The translations under genes and the position numbers were made by a program. This document shows, in pieces, positions 19,258 through 28,323 of a stretch of 64,000 bases of DNA. Numbering within the stretch: position 1 is the first letter of the stretch; each line of letters begins with the position of its first letter. The DNA is from Bacilli bacterium. GTDB lineage: Bacteria; Bacillota_I; Bacilli_A; RFN20; CAG-826. Location: contig JAKVOO010000001.1 of NCBI GenBank assembly GCA_022482735.1, positions 1,399,004 to 1,463,003 on the forward strand, in the 5' to 3' direction. A model generated the notes under the pieces. That model had not been told where the DNA came from. It was given only the letters and a program-made list of their open reading frames with translations, and did no database searches.

Positions 19258-20725
19258 ATGGCAGAAGTAATTCTTAAGGATGTTTGTAAGCGCTACGAGG
19301 GCAACCCCAAAAATTCTGTGACCGATTTCAATATCACAATTTCGGACAAAGAGTTTATCGTCTTCGTTGGCCCATCAGGTTGTGGAAAGTCTACTACCCT
19401 CCGGATGATTGCCGGTCTAGAAGATATCACAAGTGGCGAATTATATATTGATGGACGGCTCTGTAACGATGTTACACCGAAAGATCGGGGAATCGCGATG
19501 GTTTTCCAATCTTATGCCCTATATCCTCATATGACGGTTTACGATAATATGGCGTTTGGTTTAAAAATTCAACATTTACCAAAGGCAGAAATTGATAGCC
19601 GAGTTAAAGAAGCGGCGCGGATTCTTGAGATTACCGAATACCTTCAACGGAAACCAAAAGCTCTATCTGGTGGTCAAAGACAACGGGTGGCTTTAGGGAA
19701 GAGCGATTGTTCGTCATGCTAGTGTCGTTTTAATGGATGAACCATTATCCAACCTTGATGCTAAATTACGGGTGCAAATGCGTTCGGAAATCATTCGTCT
19801 ACACGAACAAATGAATGCAACAACAATCTATGTTACCCACGATCAAACGGAAGCTATGACAATGGCTACGCGGATCGTAGTTATGAAAGATGGCTACATC
19901 CAACAAATTGGTTCACCAATTGAGATTTACCATAAACCTCGTAATTTGTTTGTTGCCTCCTTTATTGGTAGCCCGGCAATGAATTTCTTTACTGGCATTG
20001 TCAAAGGGAGCAAGATTGAACTTGTTCGCCGGTATAAAGAAGATGTCGATGCTAAATTGATTAAATTTGTTAAGATTGATGGCAATACCATTTATCGCCC
20101 AATCGCCAAAATTAATGTCACTTTAACTGACGATGAGCATAATGTGGTTAAAGGAGCTGCGGATGCCGTAGCCTCATTACCAGCATCAGTTAAGGAAAGA
20201 TTGCCCGAAAAAGAAAAAGGTGCTGAAGGGGTGTGGACGGTTGAAGGCAAGGTTGCTTCCTTTATTAAGTATGAAGTAATCAGTGTCAAAAAGACTGATG
20301 CAAAATACATCAGTGTGATTGAAAATACGATCTTCGTTCCTTCTACCGATAACCGAATTGTGTTAGACGTTCCATCTCAATTCCTTGATGCGCTTAAACC
20401 TTATGAAGGCAATATGGTAATATTCGGTATTCGCCCGGAAGATGTGCATTATAAAGAAAGCCAAGTGGCGCTAGACTATCCATCAAGTAATTTGGAACTT
20501 GACGTAAGCGTCGCGGAATTACTTGGCCACGAATATATCCTTCATGGTGATTTTGCCGGTCAAAAATTAGTGGCTAAAATTCCCGTTGTAAGTGACAAGA
20601 CAATCCATATCGGAGACAAGATTGACTTAGCGCTTGATTTAGGGAAGGCTCATTTCTTTAAGATTGATGCCCCTGAAGAAGCCGAGTCTTTACCAGAATC
20701 AGAAAAAGGACTTTGCATTATTTAA
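19258..20725 (+). CDS. msmK: Sugar ABC transporter ATPase (MalK/MsmK-like) with an unusually long C-terminal regulatory domain. The reading frame is broken by a 1-nt insertion near 19699 (ORFs 19258-19722 and 19733-20725).
   Basis: Walker [11 protein letters not shown]-loop, signature [12 protein letters not shown], then the frame shifts. Reading +1 restores [20 protein letters not shown], the Walker B region. AAAGGAG RBS. Confidence 0.8.
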
Positions 20726-20759
20726 CTAAGCCACTTTTCAAAACTCGATTACTTAACAC

Positions 20760-20796
20760 AACGCCTAGCTTTCATTGGGAAGCAGGCGTTTTTTTG
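20760..20796 (+). terminator. Rho-independent terminator after the ATPase gene.
   Basis: aacgcct…aggcgtt hairpin plus TTTTTTT. Confidence 0.55.
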
Positions 20797-21066
20797 CATT
20801 ATTTTTGACCTTTTTATTTACTTGCCATTTTTGGCTACTTAACAAAATAAGTAAAAGTCGAAAATTTAGCACTGAAATTGAAAAAAACGACCTTTTTTCC
20901 ATTTGAAACCGCTATCAAAAAAACTTTACAAGATTAACCTATTAAGTATAATGTAATTGTCATTAAACAAAATTACCGCGAAAAGGACCATTCGTTTAGC
21001 GTTATTCGTAAGAAATTGTTTTTTACTAGCGGTCCTTCTCAAGCAAAAAAGGAAAGGAGGGTAATT

Positions 21067-22471
21067 ATGTTTAAAAAGTCAAAAGTTGCTGTTGTTGCTT
21101 TGACTTCGCTGCTATTAGCAGCATGTGGCGGAACTCAAGGATCGACCACTAGTTCGACTACTAGTGATTCGACGAGTATAGCTAATCCCGTTACAGTTAC
21201 GGTTACCGATGACACGGTTAGGTCCACAATCGATAGCTCATTCTTACCAGGCGTTACGGCGCAGAGAATTCGTCTAACAGTTTGGTCAGAAACGGAATCT
21301 CATCCGTTATTTAAAGAACTGATCAGTGAATTTGCTAAAAAATATTATTATGATGAATCTTCAAATGCAAAGTATGAATTTATTGTCACCATCGGTGATG
21401 AATTCTCCGATGCAGCTACCAAGATTACTCAAGATTTAGATGTTGCCCCTGATGTCTTTGGTTTCCCCGATGATCAACTCGGAAAATTGGTTGATGCGGG
21501 AGCCATCCAAGAGATAACCGGTTCTACCAAAACTTGGGTGAACGAAAACAATGTTCAAGCCTCGGTTTCTTCGGCTACATATAACAATAAACTATATGCA
21601 TTCCCACAAACGGCTGATAATGGTTACTTCTTGTACTATAATAAGAATTATCTAACGGCCGATGATGTTAAAACCGTTCGATGGAATTCTCGCCAAACTG
21701 GAATCCACCAATCAACAAATTGTCTTCCCATTTGAAGATGCTTGGTACATTCCATCTTTCTTCTTCAACCAAGGGAACATTTCTTATGATCCTGCTACCA
21801 AGACGATGACTTGTGATTTTGATAACACAGTCGGTCTTGAGGGTGCAAGAGGATTTGCCAACATTGTTCAAGAACACACGGCAGCCCTAAAGATTGCTGA
21901 CGTTAACTCTAACGATGCGCTATTTGCCACAAAAGATAGTGAAGGGCAACCAATTACTCCAGTCGCGGTTGCCGGTGTTACCGGAACTTGGAATGCTGGA
22001 CCATTGAGAGCCGCTATGGGCGATGGCTATGCGGCGACTAAGTTACCGACATTTACTCCTTACGATGAAAATGGCACCGCGCTTGCTCAACGTCAAATGG
22101 GATCATTTGCCGGTTCAAAATTAATTGGTACCAAGGCTCAAGACGATCCGGATAAGTTATACTTCTCAAGTTTACTTGCCAAGTATTTAACCAGTGAAGA
22201 TGCCCAAGTCCGTCGTTTCCAATCTCAAGGATTTGGACCATCCAACGTTACGGCGCAAAATAACCCGGCGGTTCTTGCAGATGTGGCCATCTCCGCGCTT
22301 AATGCTCAAGCTCCATATGCGGTTAGCCAATCGCGTTCAGTCGGCAATACCTTCTGGGATCCAACTGCGGCTTTTGGAAAATCGGTGGTTGCTAATGATT
22401 ATGGCGAAGGATTGACTCTAGCCGATGCTTTAGCGGCTTGGGTAGCCGCCCTCACAACCCCAGCGGCTTAA
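21067..22471 (+). CDS. Maltodextrin/oligosaccharide-binding lipoprotein of the ABC transporter (MalE-like SBP). The frame is broken by a 1-nt insertion in an A4 run at 21670-21673 (ORFs 21016-21735 and 21662-22471).
   Basis: Lipobox LLAACGG and a Ser/Thr linker. SBP family-1-like sequence that continues in the +1 frame (…DDVK|PFDGILAKLEST…). AAAGGAGGG RBS. Confidence 0.75.
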
Positions 22472-22492
22472 TTCGATTATTTTATGAAATGT

Positions 22493-22535
22493 ATTTAGGG
22501 CGAATGTCGGATTAACATTCGCCCTAAATTTCTAT
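22493..22535 (+). terminator. Very stable hairpin (14-15 bp perfect stem) between the SBP gene and the permease genes. It is a partial terminator/attenuator candidate.
   Basis: atttagggcgaatgt-cggattaa-cattcgccctaaat followed by a T-rich tract (ttctatt). Confidence 0.5.
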
Positions 22536-22552
22536 TATTAAGGGAGTTAATT

Positions 22553-24142
22553 ATGAAAGAGCAAAATGTAAAAAAACTTGGCTTCTTTCCTTGGATCGGT
22601 CAATCAATTCTTGATTCAATAATCAAATTTGGAAAATGGTTGCTTGATTTCCTTTGGACAATTATTAAAGCTTTCATCAACATCTTTGTCTTTGCGTATA
22701 AAATCATTGTCAAAGTAGGTAAGGCGATTGGACTATGGTTTTATAATTATGTAAATAGGTTTATTAAAGGAAACTTTAAAACCCGATTATCCTATCTCTT
22801 TGTCGGATTTGGACACATTACCAACGGCCAAGTTGTCAAAGGCGTGGTTCTACTAATTTTAGAGGCACTATTTATCGTATTTATGGTTCTTCCTCAAGGA
22901 GGGGCATACTGGTTAAGCCAAATAAACATATTTGGTCAGACTGGTGGCGATGGAATGCGCTGGATTGGCGACATTGGAACAACATATAATTATGTCGTGA
23001 TATCCAAATTCGGCGAGGTACTCATCACGAAGACCACCGGATTTGCTTCCAACTCTATGTTAGTAATGCTTTACTCGATAGCCACTCTATTAATTATTGC
23101 GGCCTTTTTTGCCCTTTATACTTATGGAATCAGTGCCGCCTATTCGCTTCAAAAGAAAAAAGAAGAGGGAGGGCACATTGCTTCCTTTAAGGAGGAGACG
23201 CACGCCTTATTAGATCGCCGCTTCCATGCTACAGTTTTAAGCCTCCCAACGTTAACGATATTGACGTTTACTATTCTTCCTTTGATATTTATGATCTTAC
23301 TGGCTTTCACGAATGCTAGTTTATTTTATTTCCCCCCATCAAGAAGATTTGCTTGGACCGGGCTTGATACTTTCGGTCAACTTTTCGGTGGAAATGCCGG
23401 CTATTCGTTTGCTATTGGCGAGATTTTTAAATGGACAATTTTGTGGGCGGTTCTGGCCACTTTCACCAACTATATTGGGGGAATGATTTTGGCACTACTC
23501 ATCAATAAAAAAGGAATTAAATTTAAAAAGATTTGGCGAACGTTATTTATTATATCAATCGCCATTCCGCAGTTTATCTCCCTTTCAATGATGGCAAAAT
23601 TTCTTGCTAAGGATGGGCCGATTTTTAATGCCCTAGATGCCTTGGGTTGGATGAAACCAATCAATATTTTTAATGATACGCGTTCCGCACGGACGAGCGT
23701 CGTTTTAATTAACATGTGGATTGGTATGCCTTATACAATGCTAATCACGTCAGGGATATTGATGAATATTCCGGCGGATTTATACGAATCCGCGCGTATT
23801 GATGGCGCGGGGCCAGTTACTCAATTCTTTAAGATTACGCTTCCTTATATGTTGTTTGTCACCGGTCCGTATTTAATTACTCAATTTATCGGTAATATAA
23901 ATAACTTTAATGTTATCTTCTTTTTGACTGGTGGTGGACCGGATATTACCACGCGCGGTATCACATATGGCCGAACAGATTTATTGATTACTTGGTTATA
24001 TGATTTAACCCTCGGCGGTTCTAAGCAAGAATACGCGATAGGTTCAGCCATCGGTATTATCGTTTTCTTAATTTCGGCTTTTATCTCGCTGGTGATGTAT
24101 AGCAAATCTTCAGCTAATGTTAACGAAGATGAGTTTCAATGA
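22553..24142 (+). CDS. ABC transporter permease, MalF-like (long N-terminal extension).
   Basis: Multiple TM helices and the EAA-type motif region ARIDGAGPVTQFFKITLP. AAGGGAG RBS. Confidence 0.8.
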   Translation: MKEQNVKKLGFFPWIGQSILDSIIKFGKWLLDFLWTIIKAFINIFVFAYKIIVKVGKAIGLWFYNYVNRFIKGNFKTRLSYLFVGFGHITNGQVVKGVVLLILEALFIVFMVLPQGGAYWLSQINIFGQTGGDGMRWIGDIGTTYNYVVISKFGEVLITKTTGFASNSMLVMLYSIATLLIIAAFFALYTYGISAAYSLQKKKEEGGHIASFKEETHALLDRRFHATVLSLPTLTILTFTILPLIFMILLAFTNASLFYFPPSRRFAWTGLDTFGQLFGGNAGYSFAIGEIFKWTILWAVLATFTNYIGGMILALLINKKGIKFKKIWRTLFIISIAIPQFISLSMMAKFLAKDGPIFNALDALGWMKPINIFNDTRSARTSVVLINMWIGMPYTMLITSGILMNIPADLYESARIDGAGPVTQFFKITLPYMLFVTGPYLITQFIGNINNFNVIFFLTGGGPDITTRGITYGRTDLLITWLYDLTLGGSKQEYAIGSAIGIIVFLISAFISLVMYSKSSANVNEDEFQ

Positions 24143-25177
24143 TTGAAAGGAAGAACAAGAACATGGAATTACAAAATACTAATGTAGTCGCTAAACACAA
24201 AAAACCACTTTTCTTCCAAAGCATGCATTTTCGGCGCGGACTCGGAAATACACTTATTTATATTTTGCTTGGAGTTATGGCGGTCGTATGGATGTTTCCG
24301 ATTATTTGGCTGATGGCTCAATCTTTTAGAGCCCCGGTTTATTCCTATACGATTAATCCTTCCGGACAGATGGTTATAACGGCGAGCAATCTTGGATTTA
24401 CTCCGATCAGACCAAATCATTGGTGGGGATATATATTCCCGGAAAAATGGAGTTTAGATAACTATTACCTGCTTTTTACCTGATACGGCTAACTATGATT
24501 ATCTTCACTACTTTCTCAATACTTTAGTTGTGGCCATCTTTACCTGTATTATTGCGACGATTATCGTCTTGCTTACTTCTTATGCTTTTTCACGGCTCCG
24601 GTTTAAAGCCCGCAAGCCGATGATGAAGTTATTGATGATTCTTGGAATGTTTCCTGGATTTATGTCGATGATTGCTATTTACTTTATTCTTAAAGGAATC
24701 GGTTTACTACCAGGAGGTGGAAGAACAAGCGTTCCAACAGCCAATTATTTGATTGCAATTGTTTTGGTTAACATTTCTGGCGCAGCGATGGGATATTATG
24801 TTTCCAAGGGATATTTTGACACTATTTCCCGTTCAATTGATGAAGCTGCAGAAATTGATGGGGCAAATAAAGCACAGATTTTTTGGAACATTACTCTTCC
24901 ACTTTCTAAACCGATTGTTATTTATCAAGCCTTAACGGCATTTATGGGGCCATGGGGCGATTATATTTTCAGTAGCACGATTACCCGGACAGAAAAACGG
25001 GCCTGGTTGGTTGCGCAGGGGCTATTTTCAATGATCGATGGATTAGGTGACTTAAATATATACTTCACTCGTTATGCGGCTGGATCAATTCTCCTATCGG
25101 TGCCGATTGTTATTCTCTTCATTTTCATGCAGAGATACTACGTCTCCGGTGTAACGGGTGGCGCAGTGAAAGGATAA
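24139..25177 (+). CDS. ABC transporter permease, MalG-like. The frame is broken by a 1-nt indel in a T5 run at 24473-24477 (ORFs 24139-24483 and 24530-25177).
   Basis: The N-terminal TM segment and the C-terminal EAA motif AAEIDGANKAQIFWNITLP lie in two frames. The start overlaps the malF-like stop codon. Confidence 0.75.
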
Positions 25178-25181
25178 TGCC

Positions 25182-26825
25182 ATGGCGAATAAGAAAAGTC
25201 GTTTAGCCTTCGGTTTTATTGCCTTTACTTTGCTTCTCACTGGCTGTGGAAATAATCAAAATTCGTCATCCTCTTCTTCAGAAGATACGACGAGCAATAT
25301 TACGCCCCCTAGTGATTATGAGATTGGTGATTACGCTAATGACGGAGGAACATTTTACGAAATATTTGTCCGGGCATTTGCGGATAGCAATCAGGATGGT
25401 ATTGGCGATTTAAATGGAGTTAAAAATAAAATCTCCTATCTAAAAACGCTGGGCATATCTGGATTATGGTTAATGCCAATAAATCCTTCGCCCAGTTATC
25501 ATGGATATAATGTATCTAATTATTATGGGATTGAGTCAGACTATGGGACACTTAATGATTTTGAAAACCTTGTTAGTGTAGCAAATGATAATGATATCTC
25601 GATAATTATCGATTTAGTCATTAATCATAGTGGAAGCGATAACCCTTATTTTCAAAAGTCGGCGGCTTATGTTACCGGAATTAATCGGAGTGCGGAAAAT
25701 GAACCATATGCTGATTGGTATACATGGCATGAAGGCGAAGTAACCCCATCAGAAAATTTAAAGGGGACATATCGTCGTTATCAAAGCACTAATTGGTACT
25801 ATTTGGCTAATTTTGATTCATCAATGCCTGACTTCAATTTGGACAGTGAAGGCGTTCGAAGCGAAATAACTAATATTGCCTACTATTGGCTAGACAAAGG
25901 GGTAAGAGGGTTTAGACTTGATGCCACCACTTGGTTTTACGAGAACGATCATCAAAAGAATATCCAATTCCTCTCTTGGTTCAATACAATGGTCAAAAGT
26001 CACAAAAGTGATGCCTATATTGTCGGTGAAGCGTGGCTTGATAGTGCCGACTATAACAAACTGCCGGACTATTATGCCAGTGGGGTTGATAGTTTCTTCT
26101 ACTTTGCTGGATCGCAAAGCACGGGGGCTTTTGCAACCGGAATTCAAAACACCAATGGCGAATGGTTGGCCTCAACTCTTGAGAGTTATTACAATCAACT
26201 GTTTGCTAGCAACTCTACAGCCTTAAATGCTTCTTTTCTTAGCAATCATGATCAAGATCGCTCTAGTGGATACGCGGCATTCTATCAAATGCTAAAACGG
26301 AAGTTAGGCGCGAGTGTCTACCTTCTCACTCCGGGTATTCCCTACCTTTATTATGGCGAAGAAATCGGTCTAAAAGGAAGCGGCGCCGATGAGAATAAGC
26401 GGTTGCCGATGATTTGGAGTGAACTTGACAAAAGTGAAGAATGCACTCCCGTTTCGGGATATACATATGACTTGTCGCGACAAGTAACCGCGGGAGCAAC
26501 CGATTTATTAGCCGAAAACTTTTCGCTTTTAAATCATTATCGAAAAGTAATTTCGATTCGTAATCGCTATCCAGGCATCCAAAGAGCACATATTGAAGCG
26601 TTGGATTTAGGACGAGTTCCGTTGATGGGAATAAAGTTGACTGAAGCTTCACTTCCTGACGGGGAGATAGTAATCGTTCATAACTTTAATAGTGAGAGTC
26701 AGACATTTTCTACTAATTTAACAATTGCGGATGAGATTGACACCTCAGAAATCCGGCCTCTAGTCGATAAGGATAGCATCACCTTAGCACCTTATTCTTC
26801 GGTTGTTCTTGTGAAAGGAATTTAA
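25182..26825 (+). CDS. Extracellular GH13 alpha-amylase/neopullulanase-like lipoprotein.
   Basis: Lipobox LLLTGCGNN with a Ser-rich linker. GH13 regions DLVINHSG, GFRLDATTW, GEAW and FLSNHDQDR. Confidence 0.8.
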   Translation: MANKKSRLAFGFIAFTLLLTGCGNNQNSSSSSSEDTTSNITPPSDYEIGDYANDGGTFYEIFVRAFADSNQDGIGDLNGVKNKISYLKTLGISGLWLMPINPSPSYHGYNVSNYYGIESDYGTLNDFENLVSVANDNDISIIIDLVINHSGSDNPYFQKSAAYVTGINRSAENEPYADWYTWHEGEVTPSENLKGTYRRYQSTNWYYLANFDSSMPDFNLDSEGVRSEITNIAYYWLDKGVRGFRLDATTWFYENDHQKNIQFLSWFNTMVKSHKSDAYIVGEAWLDSADYNKLPDYYASGVDSFFYFAGSQSTGAFATGIQNTNGEWLASTLESYYNQLFASNSTALNASFLSNHDQDRSSGYAAFYQMLKRKLGASVYLLTPGIPYLYYGEEIGLKGSGADENKRLPMIWSELDKSEECTPVSGYTYDLSRQVTAGATDLLAENFSLLNHYRKVISIRNRYPGIQRAHIEALDLGRVPLMGIKLTEASLPDGEIVIVHNFNSESQTFSTNLTIADEIDTSEIRPLVDKDSITLAPYSSVVLVKGI

Positions 26826-26830
26826 TTTAT

Positions 26831-28303
26831 ATGCGTTTAGCAGGTATTCTTCAACCAGTTTCATCGCTACCCGCCAAGCACGGGATGGGAGATTTTGGGC
26901 CGACGGCCTATAAATTTGTCGATTTAATTAAAGCGAGTAAAATCAAGATTTGGCAGATTTTGCCCCTCAATCCTTTGGGATACGGCAATTCACCATATCA
27001 ACCATATTCGAGTAAAGCCTTAGATGAGGCTTATATTTCCCTAGAACTACTGCAGAAGGAGGGTCTATTGCCTAAGCGCGTACCCACCTTTAATCGCCGA
27101 AAAGAAGTTGTCGACTTTGATGGAGTGCATAAATTTAAAGATTTTTGGTTGAGGAAAGCCTACGCCAATTTTATCAAGCTTCATAAACGGGGATTATCCG
27201 CATTTAAAAAGAGCAATTCATGGGTTTACTACTATGCTGTATTTCGTCTTTTAAAGTCGCAAAATGAAGAAAAATTATGGACGGAATGGCGTCAAGAGGA
27301 CAAGAATTGGATTATCGATCATAAGAAGAATCTTGCCCCGTTTGAAGATGAAATCAACTATCTTATTTGGCTCCAATACATTGCTTGGAGACAGTGGAAT
27401 GGTTTACATTTGTACACTAATGCCCAAGGCATAAAAATAATGGGTGACATTCCAATGTACGTTGGAATAGATAGCGATGATGTTTGGACCAATCAAGAGG
27501 CGTTTCTTCTCGATAAAGATGGAAATCCATCGTTTATTGCCGGCGTTCCACCCGATTATTTTTCAAAGACCGGGCAAAGATGGGGTAATCCAATTTATAA
27601 CTGGGATTATTTGAAATCCCACGGATATTCTTTTTGGAATGAAAGACTAAGTTACAATTCGCAGTTATTCGATATTATTCGTATTGACCACTTTCGCGCC
27701 TTTGATACATATTGGAAAATCCCGGCATCGTGCCTGACAGCCGTAGAGGGAGAGTGGGTTTTGGGCCCAAGATATGATTTCTTTGACGCTTTGTTCAAAT
27801 TAATGCCGGACATTCAAATTGTGGCTGAAGATTTGGGGGATTTGCGACCGGAAGTATTGGAATTACGCGATCATTATCATTTTATGGGTATGAAGATTAT
27901 TGAGTTTTCTTTTAATCCATATGATTTGAATGAAACAAGAAAAAATGATCGTCCCCATTTAATTGTCTACACTGGTACGCACGACAACGAGACGATTTTA
28001 GGCTGGTGGATGAACCGTGAGCCAGAGTATCAAAATCGCACGCTCGGCTATTTTTATGATTTAGGATATCGGGAAAATTTGCCTTCAATCACAGATAAAT
28101 TTGTTGCTTTTACGCTTGATAATGTTGCCGACTGGGCTATTTTGCCAACGCAGGATATTCTTGGACTCGACAATTCGGCTCGCATAAATACTCCTGGAAC
28201 GATTGGCTCACCAAATTGGGAATGGAAGTTGGCGGACTATCGTCTTTTAGAAGAAAGATTAAAACTATTCAAGGTGCTTGTATCAAATAGCAATCGTGGA
28301 TGA
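26831..28303 (+). CDS. malQ: 4-alpha-glucanotransferase (amylomaltase, GH77).
   Basis: N-terminus GILQPVSSLP…GDFGP. RIDHFRAF and the GTHDNETILGW region. Confidence 0.85.
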   Translation: MRLAGILQPVSSLPAKHGMGDFGPTAYKFVDLIKASKIKIWQILPLNPLGYGNSPYQPYSSKALDEAYISLELLQKEGLLPKRVPTFNRRKEVVDFDGVHKFKDFWLRKAYANFIKLHKRGLSAFKKSNSWVYYYAVFRLLKSQNEEKLWTEWRQEDKNWIIDHKKNLAPFEDEINYLIWLQYIAWRQWNGLHLYTNAQGIKIMGDIPMYVGIDSDDVWTNQEAFLLDKDGNPSFIAGVPPDYFSKTGQRWGNPIYNWDYLKSHGYSFWNERLSYNSQLFDIIRIDHFRAFDTYWKIPASCLTAVEGEWVLGPRYDFFDALFKLMPDIQIVAEDLGDLRPEVLELRDHYHFMGMKIIEFSFNPYDLNETRKNDRPHLIVYTGTHDNETILGWWMNREPEYQNRTLGYFYDLGYRENLPSITDKFVAFTLDNVADWAILPTQDILGLDNSARINTPGTIGSPNWEWKLADYRLLEERLKLFKVLVSNSNRG

Positions 28304-28323
28304 TCTTTAAGGAGGAACACCAT

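Noticed and set aside
19733-20725. A separate 330-aa gene called downstream of the malK-like ORF.
   Set aside because: It begins exactly with the Walker B/D-loop segment (MDEPLSNLD) missing from the upstream ORF. It is the same gene split by a 1-nt indel.
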